The translations under genes were made by a program, and so were the position numbers. 45,746 nt of DNA from a virus (lineage: Duplodnaviria > Caudoviricetes). How positions within the stretch are numbered: the stretch's first letter is position 1; each line of letters begins with the position of its first letter. The notes under the pieces were generated by a model, which made no database searches, had not been told where the DNA came from, and saw nothing but the letters and a program-made list of their open reading frames with translations. The stretch lies in the IMG/VR virus record IMGVR_UViG_3300030059_000930, positions 1 to 45,746 of that record; one strand, 5' to 3'. This document shows, piece after piece, positions 1-10,541 of the stretch.

Positions 1-1
1 A

Positions 2-61
2 AATGAACTTAAAGAAGTTGTTGTGTATTATAGAAAGGTTACTATTAAAGAAGAGGAGTAA
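2..61 (+). CDS. 3' end of a truncated upstream gene (NELKEVVVYYRKVTIKEEE*), possibly a lysis accessory protein
   Basis: Open frame from position 2 to TAA at 59-61, ending just before the endolysin ATG; function guessed from position only. Confidence 0.45.
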   Translation, partial: NELKEVVVYYRKVTIKEEE

Positions 62-65
62 AGAT

Positions 66-509
66 ATGAATATATCACAAGAAGGGTTATCATTAATTAA
101 AAAATTTGAAGGTTGCGAATTAAAATCCTATAAATGTGCTGCAGGAGTATGGACTATTGGATATGGGTCTATAAAGGGAGTTACTGAAAATATGCAGATA
201 ACTAAAGAAGAAGCTGATAAGTTATTACTTCATGAAATGGATGAGTATGAAGGGTATATTAATGATATGGTTACTGTAGATCTTAATCAAAATCAATTTG
301 ACTCTTTAGTTAGTTGGGTATTCAATCTTGGTCCATCTAATTTAAAATCATCTACTATGCTTAAAGTAATAAATAATAATGAACTTGATGAAGTACCTTC
401 CCAGATAAAACGTTGGAACAAAGCAAATGGCAAAGTATTAGAAGGTCTTATCAGACGTAGAGAAGCAGAAGCTTTACTGTTCCAGAATAAAGAGTGGCAA
501 GAGGTGTAA
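66..509 (+). CDS. Endolysin, GH24 (T4/P21-type) lysozyme
   Basis: IKKFEGC..Y.C.AGVWTIGYG catalytic region, QNQFDSLVSWVFNLG, GLIRRREAE; GAGGAG RBS at 53-58 favours ATG 66 over the ORF-track start at 3. Confidence 0.93.
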   Translation: MNISQEGLSLIKKFEGCELKSYKCAAGVWTIGYGSIKGVTENMQITKEEADKLLLHEMDEYEGYINDMVTVDLNQNQFDSLVSWVFNLGPSNLKSSTMLKVINNNELDEVPSQIKRWNKANGKVLEGLIRRREAEALLFQNKEWQEV

Positions 510-510
510 T

Positions 511-2376
511 ATGCCGTTAAGTAAATTTGTATTTAAACCAGGAATATTCAGAGAAGGTACTGCCTACGATAACGAGGGTGGTTGGTTTGATTCTAATTTA
601 GTTAGGTTTAATGCTGGTAGACCAGAGAAAGTAGGTGGTTGGCGTAAGGATACAGAAAATAGTTTTTTAGGTACTTGTCGTGCTTTACATTCTTGGGTAT
701 CTTTAGACGGTAGTAAATTCCTAGGATTAGGAACTCATTTAAAATATTATGTGTTAGAAGGTGATACTTTTAATGACGTTACCCCTATTAGGGCTACTAC
801 TACTAATGGTATTGTTTTTTCTGCTACTAATAATAGTAGCACTATAACAGCTACTGATTCTAATCACGGAGCAGTTTCTGGTGATTTCGTTACTTTGTCG
901 GGTGCTGCTACTTTAGGTGGTTTAATTACTGCTGCTGTATTGAATCAAGAATACCAAATACTTGCTGTTCCAAGTGTGAACACGTTTACGTTTACAGCGA
1001 TTGACGCAAGTGGTAATACTGTGGTTGCTAATTCTAGTGATAGCGGTAACGGTGGAGCTGGAGTAGACGGATCATTCCAAATAAACGTTGGATTAGATGT
1101 GTATATTCAATCTACAGGTTACGGCTCTGGTGCTTGGAATGAAAATACTTGGGGCTCAGTTAATGCTTTATCTAAAACTAATCAATTACGTAATTGGTCT
1201 CACGATCACTTTGGTGAAGATCTAATAATAGCTGTACGTAATGGTGAAATTTTCTATTGGGATAAAACTGACGGAGTTCAAAATAGAGCTGTTGCTTTAA
1301 CTGGTATAAATGGAGCTAGTTTTGTTCCTACTATATGTTTAGGGGTTACTGTTTCAGAAACTGATAGACATGTTATAGTTTTAGGTGCCGACCCAATAGT
1401 GGGTAACGCTAGGTCAGGTGTACTTGACCCTATGCTTATAGCTTTTAGTGACCAAGAGGATCCACTTCAATTTGAACCTTTAGATACTAATACGGCTGGT
1501 GACTTACGATTATCAGAAGGTAGTTTAATAGTTGGTTCTGTTAAAGCTAGACAAGAAACGTTAGTGTGGACTGATACTGCTTTATATAGTGTGTCATTTA
1601 TTGGACCACCTTTTACTTTTGGTCTCAATTTAATCAATAATAACACAGGTCTTATATCTCCTAACGGGGCTATAACTTCACCTAGTGGTGTGTATTGGAT
1701 GGGATATGATAATTTTTACGTGTATACTGGTAGCGTTCAAAAAGTACCTTGTAGCGTACTCAGTTATGTTTTTGATGACCTTAATGGCGGTCAAGCATAT
1801 AAAATATGTTCCTTTACTAATAATGCACATGATGAAGTAGGTTGGTTTTATCCATCTGCTAACTCTATAGAAGTAGATAGATATGTTGTATTTGATTATA
1901 ACGATAACGTCTGGTCTTATGGAGAGTTAAGTAGGACAGCTTGGTTAGACGAAGGCACAGTAGACTATCCTAGAGCTGTGAGCGAAAATTATCTATACGA
2001 ACATGAGTTTGGTTATAACGATGACGGTAGCCCTATGACTAATGTGTTTATAGAAAGTAGTGATTTTGATATAGGAGACGGCGAACAATTTTCTTTCTTA
2101 AATAAAATTATCCCTGATATTAAGTTTTTAAGTAACAGTAACGAAGGTAAAGTTAACATGGTTTTAAAAACTAGAAACTTTCCTGGTGATACTTTAACCA
2201 CTAACAGCACTAATTCTATAGCTAGTACAACTCAACAAGCACACATAAGAGGTAGAGCAAGACAAGCAGTACTACGTTTAGAGTCTGAAGATAATAATAC
2301 AAACGGTAGTAATGATGATACTGGTTGGAGATTAGGTGCTACTAGGATAAATATAAGAAGCGACGGAAGAAGATGA
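511..2376 (+). CDS. Virion tail hub/stabilisation protein (P22 gp10 / T7 gp12-like beta-propeller)
   Basis: 621 aa, beta-rich, Trp/Gly repeats, FSDQED and NTAGDLRL motifs, C-terminal WRLG...DGRR, which I associate with this protein in marine podoviruses; precedes ejection-type genes. Confidence 0.7.
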   Translation: MPLSKFVFKPGIFREGTAYDNEGGWFDSNLVRFNAGRPEKVGGWRKDTENSFLGTCRALHSWVSLDGSKFLGLGTHLKYYVLEGDTFNDVTPIRATTTNGIVFSATNNSSTITATDSNHGAVSGDFVTLSGAATLGGLITAAVLNQEYQILAVPSVNTFTFTAIDASGNTVVANSSDSGNGGAGVDGSFQINVGLDVYIQSTGYGSGAWNENTWGSVNALSKTNQLRNWSHDHFGEDLIIAVRNGEIFYWDKTDGVQNRAVALTGINGASFVPTICLGVTVSETDRHVIVLGADPIVGNARSGVLDPMLIAFSDQEDPLQFEPLDTNTAGDLRLSEGSLIVGSVKARQETLVWTDTALYSVSFIGPPFTFGLNLINNNTGLISPNGAITSPSGVYWMGYDNFYVYTGSVQKVPCSVLSYVFDDLNGGQAYKICSFTNNAHDEVGWFYPSANSIEVDRYVVFDYNDNVWSYGELSRTAWLDEGTVDYPRAVSENYLYEHEFGYNDDGSPMTNVFIESSDFDIGDGEQFSFLNKIIPDIKFLSNSNEGKVNMVLKTRNFPGDTLTTNSTNSIASTTQQAHIRGRARQAVLRLESEDNNTNGSNDDTGWRLGATRINIRSDGRR

Positions 2377-2744
2377 GTAGACTTTTAGCTACTAGGCTTC
2401 CACAATCTGTAGGTGAGTCAGTCAATTCTGAAACATATAATAGATTAATAAGAGTTTTAGAACTTAATTTAGGCACATTTGACCCTGATAACACAAGGCA
2501 AATGGATCAAATTACAAGAGATACAGTACGATTTAACGTTGGTAGTCTTATATGGAACACCAGCATTGGAGTACTGCAAGTATGGACTGGTCAATATTGG
2601 TTAGACATCGGTGAACGGTTAATCGACCTTGGCTACGAGGCTACAGCCAGTTTAGGTAACATAACAGTGACTACTAATGGTGCCGTTTCTATAAACGCTG
2701 GTACTAATAACGCTGGTTATGATGTTGAAGCATACTATACATAG
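2373..2744 (+). CDS. Hypothetical virion protein
   Basis: ATGA overlap with the previous gene; GSLIWNT...LQVWTG.W motif seen in tail-associated proteins. Confidence 0.6.
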   Translation: MSRLLATRLPQSVGESVNSETYNRLIRVLELNLGTFDPDNTRQMDQITRDTVRFNVGSLIWNTSIGVLQVWTGQYWLDIGERLIDLGYEATASLGNITVTTNGAVSINAGTNNAGYDVEAYYT

Positions 2745-2790
2745 TATAAAGTTGTATATATAATAATTAGATGATCATAGGAATCGTGTA

Positions 2791-4272
2791 ATGGGTGGTT
2801 TAAAAAGTGCATTTAAAAGCATAAAAAGGTTCGTTAAAAAGAACACACGAGACATCGCCACAGTTATAGGTTTCGCTATCGGTGGTCCAGCAGGTGCTGC
2901 TATTGGGCAAGGCATAGGTTCCTTAGGTGAAGGCAGAGATTTTAAAGATTCAGTGATGAGTGCTGGTAAAGTCTACGCTGGTGCCAGTATGGCACAAGGT
3001 GCTGGTCTTCAAGGTGGTCAAGGTTTTGGTCAAGGAACAGCAGGCACAGGCATTAGTTTTGGTGACCCAATAACAGGTAGTGGCGGTATAGGTGGATTTT
3101 TTGAAGACGTAGGGGCTACAGGTAGAGATATGTTTGGTGGTGGCGACGCAAGTCTTGGACCACAACAAAAATTCGGTAGTGGTGATTTGATGGGTGGTTT
3201 TGAGGACTTAAACATGCTGCAAAAAGCAGGTGTTTTAGGTATAGGTGCTAGTGCACTAAGTGGTGGTGATGATGCTCCTGCTGAGATGCCTGGACCAATA
3301 GACCAAAGCGGATATCTTCAACAAGGTTTAACTCCTGCTGTACTTAGTGATGTATATGGTCCATCAGGCGGTAGTAGTGGTATTGCTGGTTCAATGCCTA
3401 GTTTAGCTAACTCTTATGACTATGACCCAGTCAACTCAAGTTTAGAAGAATTTTTACGTAAACAACAAGAATACGAACTTGATTTCCCAGAGTTCGATAG
3501 AATACAAGTAAGAGGTGGTGGAGAAATAGGAAACATGATGCAGCCAATTAATTTAATGCAAGATTTTAAAGGCGGAGTACTTCAAGGTGACATTAATGGT
3601 AGATACGGACTCGGTGGCGGTCCCAAACGAGGCGGAGGGGTAATGGAACTTTTACAACCTGTCGGAGATTTTATTGAAAATAGAATAGGAAGTAATGAAA
3701 TACAACCTACACTACAACAGTTCGCTACTACTATAGACAAAAAGTTTCCTGCAAATAATCAAGGTGGTGGTCAAGGTGAAATAGCTGGTGACTTAAGTGG
3801 GATAAGTAATGGTGATATAAATTATGGTGGTCAAGGTGAAATAGCTGGTCTTATAGATGCACAACCAATGCCTATGCCTATGCCTGTAAATAGACCTCCA
3901 CCTATGAGTCAACCTTTACCTGTAACTCCTACTCCAGGAATGCTACAACCAGTTTCTCCTTCACTTGATCAACAACCAACAAATGCCGAATTACCTGAAG
4001 CTGGTAATTTTGTAGCAAGACTAGCAGACGGTGGTCAAATACCTCAAGGAGATTTAGATTTAAGAGAAGACGGTGGAGATATTAATGACCCTGAAGGTTC
4101 AGGGGATGAAGATACTGTACCAGCACTACTTGCTGACGGTGAGTTTGTTATGACTAAACAAGCTGTAGCTGGAATAGGTGATGGCGACCATGAGTTTGGT
4201 ATTGCTCAACTTTATGATATGATGAATATGAACGAAGACAAAGCTCAGGGCATGGGCATAGGCAGGGCATAA
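2791..4272 (+). CDS. Putative internal virion/DNA-ejection protein
   Basis: Gly-rich N-terminal amphipathic/hydrophobic segment, Pro-rich linker, C-terminal G.G.ED.VPALLADGEFV domain. Confidence 0.6.
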   Translation: MGGLKSAFKSIKRFVKKNTRDIATVIGFAIGGPAGAAIGQGIGSLGEGRDFKDSVMSAGKVYAGASMAQGAGLQGGQGFGQGTAGTGISFGDPITGSGGIGGFFEDVGATGRDMFGGGDASLGPQQKFGSGDLMGGFEDLNMLQKAGVLGIGASALSGGDDAPAEMPGPIDQSGYLQQGLTPAVLSDVYGPSGGSSGIAGSMPSLANSYDYDPVNSSLEEFLRKQQEYELDFPEFDRIQVRGGGEIGNMMQPINLMQDFKGGVLQGDINGRYGLGGGPKRGGGVMELLQPVGDFIENRIGSNEIQPTLQQFATTIDKKFPANNQGGGQGEIAGDLSGISNGDINYGGQGEIAGLIDAQPMPMPMPVNRPPPMSQPLPVTPTPGMLQPVSPSLDQQPTNAELPEAGNFVARLADGGQIPQGDLDLREDGGDINDPEGSGDEDTVPALLADGEFVMTKQAVAGIGDGDHEFGIAQLYDMMNMNEDKAQGMGIGRA

Positions 4273-5921
4273 TGGCAACAGAGCAGACAACAGGGCGTAC
4301 CGAGAGTTTACCACCAGAGTATTATAGACAGTTTATGGCGGGTGTTCCAGGAGCAAATATTCCTGGCATAATGCCACTATTAAATCAAGACTTAGTTAAT
4401 AAACTACAAGGCATGGGCGTAGAAGGTGCTACACCATACAGTTATCAAGGTGACAGAATAGCCGACTTTACTCCAGCTCAACGTATGGCTATGCAGATGA
4501 CAGGTGAAAACGTAGGTTCGTATCAACCTTATTTTGATGAAGCTACAGACATGGCTAGACAAGGCTATGGTGACGCTAGAACTAGTGCTGCTGAAGGTAT
4601 GGATTTTATGCGTCAAGGTGCACAAGCAGGTGCAGCAGGTATAGGTGAAGCTCAAAATTTATTAAGACAAGCTCCTGGAGTTGCTAGAGATGCAACTTAT
4701 GAAGGATTAGGTGCTTTACGTGGTGGTCAAGATACTTTAGGTCAAGCTGGTCAAATGGTAGGTGGAGCTAACGCTGACTTATCTCAAGCTCAAAACACTT
4801 TAAGTGGTTCTTTAGGTAATATCGGAGCTAGTGCTCAAACTGGTTTTGGTTCTACTCAAGGTTTTAACCCTGGAGATATTTCTAGTTTTTCTAATCCTTA
4901 CGAAGATCAAGTAGTACAAAGAGCTATGCAAGATCTTGAAGACCAAGGTGCTAAATCACAAATAGCAGGCAGAGCAGAAGCTATAGGCTCAGGTGCTTTT
5001 GGTGGTAGTAGAGCTAGACTAGGTGCTCAAGATAGAGAAGAAGCAATGAGAGAAGCTCAATTAAAAACTGCAGCAGGGTTACGTAGTCAAGGTTACGAGT
5101 CTTCAGCAGGTAGAGCACAACAAGCATTTGAATCACAACAAAACAGACAAGCACAACAAGCAGGATTACTAGGTAATTTAGCAGGTCAACAAGCTAACAT
5201 AGGTAGCCAGATGGGTACGTTAGGTTTAGGTCAACAAGGTGCTCAATTAAATCAAGCTAACGCTTTAGCTAACATAGGTCAAGGTCAAGCTGGCATGGGT
5301 GCACAAATAGCTGGCATGGGGCAAAACTTAGCAGGTACTATGGGTACTGCTGCTGGAGGACTAGGTAGTCTTGGTACAGGATTAAGTAACGTTTATGGTG
5401 GCACAGGTCAAAACTTAGCTCAAACAGGTATGCAATCTGGTACTATGGGTTCTAATACAGCTGGTCAAATGGCTGGGTTAGGTCAAGGGCTTTCTGCTTT
5501 ACGTCAGGGTGACGTAAATAATATGATGGGTGTAGGTGGTATGCAACAAGGACAAAATCAAGCTGGTATGGACTTAGCTTACCAAAACTTTGTTGGTCAA
5601 TATAACTTACCTGCTCAATTAATAGGTCAGGCAGGTCAAACTGCAGCAGGAATGGCACCGACATTAGGCGGAACTACATTAGCACAAGGTTCTAGTAGTG
5701 GTGGTTCTAACTCAATGATGCAAGGGTTAGGCGGAGCAATAGCAGCATACGGTGCACTGAGAGGTCAACCTGGACAACAACAAACAATGCAGAATATGGG
5801 TCCTCAACAAGTTGGTCCAGGTGGTGGACAACAAGGAACTAATCCAGCCAATAATAGAATGGCTAATGTGGGTAATAACATGCCAGTGAGAGACTTTACT
5901 CCACAACGTAGAGCTTTTTAA
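4272..5921 (+). CDS. Putative DNA-transfer (ejection/pilot) protein
   Basis: G/Q/A-rich helical protein with NPYEDQVV and GAFGGSR motifs typical of podovirus DNA-transfer proteins. Confidence 0.65.
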   Translation: MATEQTTGRTESLPPEYYRQFMAGVPGANIPGIMPLLNQDLVNKLQGMGVEGATPYSYQGDRIADFTPAQRMAMQMTGENVGSYQPYFDEATDMARQGYGDARTSAAEGMDFMRQGAQAGAAGIGEAQNLLRQAPGVARDATYEGLGALRGGQDTLGQAGQMVGGANADLSQAQNTLSGSLGNIGASAQTGFGSTQGFNPGDISSFSNPYEDQVVQRAMQDLEDQGAKSQIAGRAEAIGSGAFGGSRARLGAQDREEAMREAQLKTAAGLRSQGYESSAGRAQQAFESQQNRQAQQAGLLGNLAGQQANIGSQMGTLGLGQQGAQLNQANALANIGQGQAGMGAQIAGMGQNLAGTMGTAAGGLGSLGTGLSNVYGGTGQNLAQTGMQSGTMGSNTAGQMAGLGQGLSALRQGDVNNMMGVGGMQQGQNQAGMDLAYQNFVGQYNLPAQLIGQAGQTAAGMAPTLGGTTLAQGSSSGGSNSMMQGLGGAIAAYGALRGQPGQQQTMQNMGPQQVGPGGGQQGTNPANNRMANVGNNMPVRDFTPQRRAF

Positions 5922-8362
5922 TGATAAACGAACAAGATTTACAAAGTAGTTTCGATCAATCTGGTGTAATCCAGCAAGCTAGACAGATGCTGGACGCTGG
6001 TCAACCTATGGAGTTTATAGCTCAACAAACAGGACTTGATAGACAAACTATAGAAAATCTATTACTAACTAATCAACAAATACAAACACCGCCCATAGCC
6101 CCTCCACCTCAAGTAGATCAAATGGACATGGGTATTATGTCAAACCCGATGTCTAACGGTGAAACTCAAAGTTCAGTGACTGAAATGAATGCTGGTAATA
6201 CAGATACTAATGATGTTATGGCTTTTCTAAATGAAAGTCTGGGTCTTGATAAAGGTGATGATGAAACCATGACTTTATCTCAAGCACTTAATAGCGGTAG
6301 TATAGCAGGTGTAGGAGATAACTCAGAAGCTTTTAGTTCTTTTGTTGATAACGCTAGTATGTTTGAAGATTTAGCTGACCCAGAAAAACTACAGATTTAT
6401 AAAGATGCAGCAGCATCTATTATAGGTGAACCAGATTACGAAAGTTTAATTGAACAACCCGACAAGGTGATGCCGTACTTAGCAGCTGGACTTTCAATGA
6501 TTAACTCTGGTGAAAAAGGTGAGGACTGGGGTGCAGCATTAGGTAAAGCATTTATTACTGGTAAAAGTACAGCTATAAAAGAAGATAGCGATTATGCTAA
6601 AAGTAAAGCTGTATTATTATCATCTTATCAAGGTAATATTAATAACTTAGTTACTTCATTAGCTCTAACAGAAATGAAAGATAGAATGGCATACAATAAA
6701 ACTATGCAGATGGCTAAACTCAAAGCTCCTAAAATGTATGATTTTGTTGGAGCTTCAGGTACTTACGCAGATAAAGAAACTATACCTTTAGATGAGTCAA
6801 CATATACTCAGTATGCTAAAGCTTTTCCTGGTTTGGTGAGACCAGCTGAGGATTTACCACTCAAACCATACACAGTATCTTCTAGTTCAGACAAAGGTTC
6901 AAGTTCTAGAATGAATGTGTTCCTTGACCAAGACCAATTAAAATTTTATCAAAGTGATCCTAAGTACGCTGGTAATATAAGGGCTGGTCATGATGAAGCT
7001 ACTAACATGAAACTTTATTCAGTTGATCAAGGTGACGGTTCTAAAATAGAAAAGTGGTTAACTCATGAACAATTCAATGATCTACCAGAAGATCAATCAG
7101 GTACTATTATATCTACCGCAGGTCAACCAGTTTATGTGTACGATAAACTTAACGGTGGAACTGATTTTGTTAGCTCTATGGAGCTGACTCGTAATGGTGC
7201 TAGGTACGAAAAGATAAGTGCTTTTAGTGGTAGCATGACCACCAGCGACGGGGCTGTTATTGAATTTGGTAATGATAGTACTGGTAGTAGAGCTACTGAA
7301 CGTCAAGGTATAAAACAATTTGATACTGTTAAAACAAAACTAGCTGGTATTGATAGAGCTGTAAGTAATTATTTTATTTCAGCTGATAACCTAGATAGTA
7401 ATATTAATGATTTTGTAAATCAAAACCCAGCACAAGCAGATTTAATATTTAATAATATGGCGGGTAGTGCTGCTAAGTTAGCTGATAATTTTGTTATAGG
7501 TATTAAAGGCTTTGGTCAGCTTTTCCAACTTGCTCCTGAAAAAGGAGGCAGCAGTTTTTATCAAGATAAAAACAAAGTGACTTATGATAAGTTTAAAAAC
7601 GATATTATGAGTTCTAGTGAGTTTGAAACTTTTAGAGAAAGTCCTTTAGCTAAGTTTTTAGAAGAAAGCGGAATAACAGGAGCTAGACTTGATGCAGCAA
7701 TGTTTGATATGGCTATGATAGGTGCGGGTGCATACTCTACTGAAAAAGGTTTAGACCTTAGAGCTATATCAGATTTTGACGCTAAACAGTTTATGAAAAT
7801 GCAAGGTGCTGAAGCAGCATCATTAAAACAGTTTCAAGCTGTTACTAATGATTTTAGAACTAAACTAGTCAATAGAAACATAGCCGAAATAAAAAGAACT
7901 ATGATGCCTAGTAATCTATATCAAATCAAAAAGAAAGACGGTACACCTGATCTTGAAGCTATTGAGGTTTTAAAATCAGACTCCGAAATATACATGGAAA
8001 AGTTATTAAAGTTTAAAGAGAAACTTTCAACCAGTATCCCCGACCCTAAAATAAAAGGTAATTCAACTTTTGTTGCTGACACTAGTATTGACCCTGACAA
8101 TGAACAAGTTAAACCACTTAATATATCAATACCACCAACATCTGTTTTTGCTCAAAAGTTAGGTATAACTGAAACAATAACTACAGACACAGTAACCCCA
8201 ATAGAAGGTAGTTACCGTCAGATGATTAACAAATACGCTATGTTTCAAGGTAGAATAGACGAGCAAGATGATTACGTAACCCAATTAGAGAAAAACTTAA
8301 CAAAAGCAGAGTTCGAAATTTTTAAAGCTCACGTTTTGCAGGCTCAAAAACTAGGATTATAG
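5921..8362 (+). CDS. Large putative internal virion protein
   Basis: 813-aa ORF, TAATG-coupled, within the ejection-protein block; no family recognised. Confidence 0.55.
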   Translation: MINEQDLQSSFDQSGVIQQARQMLDAGQPMEFIAQQTGLDRQTIENLLLTNQQIQTPPIAPPPQVDQMDMGIMSNPMSNGETQSSVTEMNAGNTDTNDVMAFLNESLGLDKGDDETMTLSQALNSGSIAGVGDNSEAFSSFVDNASMFEDLADPEKLQIYKDAAASIIGEPDYESLIEQPDKVMPYLAAGLSMINSGEKGEDWGAALGKAFITGKSTAIKEDSDYAKSKAVLLSSYQGNINNLVTSLALTEMKDRMAYNKTMQMAKLKAPKMYDFVGASGTYADKETIPLDESTYTQYAKAFPGLVRPAEDLPLKPYTVSSSSDKGSSSRMNVFLDQDQLKFYQSDPKYAGNIRAGHDEATNMKLYSVDQGDGSKIEKWLTHEQFNDLPEDQSGTIISTAGQPVYVYDKLNGGTDFVSSMELTRNGARYEKISAFSGSMTTSDGAVIEFGNDSTGSRATERQGIKQFDTVKTKLAGIDRAVSNYFISADNLDSNINDFVNQNPAQADLIFNNMAGSAAKLADNFVIGIKGFGQLFQLAPEKGGSSFYQDKNKVTYDKFKNDIMSSSEFETFRESPLAKFLEESGITGARLDAAMFDMAMIGAGAYSTEKGLDLRAISDFDAKQFMKMQGAEAASLKQFQAVTNDFRTKLVNRNIAEIKRTMMPSNLYQIKKKDGTPDLEAIEVLKSDSEIYMEKLLKFKEKLSTSIPDPKIKGNSTFVADTSIDPDNEQVKPLNISIPPTSVFAQKLGITETITTDTVTPIEGSYRQMINKYAMFQGRIDEQDDYVTQLEKNLTKAEFEIFKAHVLQAQKLGL

Positions 8363-8363
8363 A

Positions 8364-10541
8364 ATGGCACAAAATGATATTATAGACATCGACGAAATTA
8401 TAGATGCTAATATAAATTTAAATCAGCCTATACCTCAAATGAACGTGCCTCCTGCACCACAGGAAATTATACCACAAGCATATGGTCCTGAAACAACACC
8501 AGGACAGTTTATACCTAATGATTTTAAAAATTTTTTAGTAGACAAACTAAACATACAACCTCAAGTAATTGATAAAATGTTTGGTCAACCTTATGGCGTT
8601 AGAGATCGTTTTATAAACGCAAACCCTAAAGATCTTGTGCGTGATATCATGAGATTTCAACTCCCAGGAACACAACCTCTCGACCCAGAAACTCAACAAC
8701 CTTTTGGTTTAAACATAAACGAGTTGTTTAGTCCTAGTAGCCCTGATATCCAAGCAGCAGAAGAAGCAGGAGTAAATCCAAAAGAAGGTGCACCTTATCA
8801 AGTACAAAAAGACGCTAGTTACTTACCGCCTGACAATTACGAAAGAGGTGTAAAAGTTTTACTAAAAGAAGCTTTTCCTAATGTGCCGTTAGAAGCTTTA
8901 GAAATTAAAAAAGAACCACGTACAGGTAGAGTAGTTTATAAAGATCCTGAGTCTGGTGAAGTTCAGTTTCTTCAACCTCCAGGTATTGACTTTGCTGACG
9001 TTACAGCATTAATGGAACCTGTGATGTTAGAAATTGGTGCGGGTGTAGGTGGATTTTTATATGGTAATACTGCTGGTAGAGTTCAAGGTGGATTAGCAGG
9101 TGGAGCAGCAGGGTTAGCAACTGCCTCACAAATGACAGATAACCCGTTTTTTCAAAGTTTAGGAGCAGTAGGTGGTGCTGCAGCTGGGGCGATAAACCCA
9201 GTTAGACCTTTAGCTTTTACTGTGATGGGAGAAAGTTTAGCTCATTTTGTTTGGAGATATAATAATTTAAGAGGTATGAAAGAAAGAGGTATACTTGACG
9301 AAACTTACACACCAGAAAAAATAATGAGTACTGCTATATCAGACGCTAAAATGGTTGGTGCGTTTAGTTTAGGTGGTCAAGCTGCTTTTGGTACTTTAGC
9401 TAAATTCTTAGGCAATAACCCATCTAGTATTCTGGGTATTGATCCTGATGGATTTGTTAAAGCTTTTGAAGAAGTAGAAAACATAAAAAAGACAGGTTCT
9501 AAAGCTCAACAAGAAGCGGTAGAAGATCTTACTACTCCTCAAGTTTTAGGTATGATGGATGAATCTACGCCAATACGTAGAGAAGCTATGCAAAAAGAAG
9601 TTGATGATGCTGTTTCAACGTACCCTGAAATTGAACAAAGAATTTTAAACCAAGAAGATAAAATCAATATAGGCTACGAAAAAGTTTTTGCTGACGAAGG
9701 TATTAACCCAGATATTCTTATTATCCCTGATGTCACTAAAATAAAACAAACCTTTGGTAGAGATATTGGTGGGTATTTTGATCCAAAAAATATAGATAAA
9801 AAAGCTGGTAGAGGTGTAAACCCAACCGATAGAAAAGCAATGGCAAATAAAATTACTGGTCTTATAGAAGGAGCTGACCCAGAAGGTGTATTTGAGATTG
9901 TGTGGAGAGAAGGTAAAGTAACTAACACAGAAACTTTCTTAGATATGATGCCTGCTAGTAAAGTAGATGATTTTAAAACTTTAATTTATAGAGACTTTAT
10001 TGATTCTACAGATGGTTTCAATCCTAATGCTATTCAAGCATATCTTAATAAACACACAGACGGACTCAAAGCTGTTTATGGTGAAGAGTTTGTAGATGGA
10101 CTACGTTCATATAATAGACTTATAAAAGATATAAGCGTAGCAGCCAGTAGAGAATCCATACCAGAAGATGCAGCGATTAAATTAGCTACAGGTTTAGCCA
10201 GAGCTTATTTAGGTATTTTCACTAGACCAGGAAGGGTGATTACCGCTGGAACTCAAGTAACTTCTAAAAGCAGAAAAACTAATTTTCAGAAAATGATACT
10301 TGACCCTGAATTATTATACAAGCGTATCATGAAAGGAAAATTTTTAAGTGATCCTAACTTTTACACCACAGCTAGAGCTATAGCTAGAACATACGAAGAA
10401 CAATCATCATCTGTTGACCCAGAGTCACCAACTAGTTTTCCTACTCAAGAAAGAATAATGGATGTAGACTTTGAAGATTTACAACTTAATAGGGGCGGAA
10501 GCCCAATGATTGAGTTAAACTATGGCTATGGAGATAAGTAA
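8364..10541 (+). CDS. Large putative internal virion protein with Gly/Ala-rich hydrophobic segments
   Basis: 725-aa ORF with a glycine-zipper-like stretch (GGLAGGAAG..GAVGGAAAG); position in the block. Confidence 0.55.
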   Translation: MAQNDIIDIDEIIDANINLNQPIPQMNVPPAPQEIIPQAYGPETTPGQFIPNDFKNFLVDKLNIQPQVIDKMFGQPYGVRDRFINANPKDLVRDIMRFQLPGTQPLDPETQQPFGLNINELFSPSSPDIQAAEEAGVNPKEGAPYQVQKDASYLPPDNYERGVKVLLKEAFPNVPLEALEIKKEPRTGRVVYKDPESGEVQFLQPPGIDFADVTALMEPVMLEIGAGVGGFLYGNTAGRVQGGLAGGAAGLATASQMTDNPFFQSLGAVGGAAAGAINPVRPLAFTVMGESLAHFVWRYNNLRGMKERGILDETYTPEKIMSTAISDAKMVGAFSLGGQAAFGTLAKFLGNNPSSILGIDPDGFVKAFEEVENIKKTGSKAQQEAVEDLTTPQVLGMMDESTPIRREAMQKEVDDAVSTYPEIEQRILNQEDKINIGYEKVFADEGINPDILIIPDVTKIKQTFGRDIGGYFDPKNIDKKAGRGVNPTDRKAMANKITGLIEGADPEGVFEIVWREGKVTNTETFLDMMPASKVDDFKTLIYRDFIDSTDGFNPNAIQAYLNKHTDGLKAVYGEEFVDGLRSYNRLIKDISVAASRESIPEDAAIKLATGLARAYLGIFTRPGRVITAGTQVTSKSRKTNFQKMILDPELLYKRIMKGKFLSDPNFYTTARAIARTYEEQSSSVDPESPTSFPTQERIMDVDFEDLQLNRGGSPMIELNYGYGDK

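Noticed and set aside
3-65. N-terminal extension of the endolysin (SAR/signal-like)
   Set aside because: Better explained as the tail of an upstream gene in another frame; the RBS supports ATG 66
3765-3849. 25-bp direct repeat with 60-bp period
   Set aside because: Simple in-frame intragenic duplication (GGQGEIAG x2); no sign of an att site or mobile element
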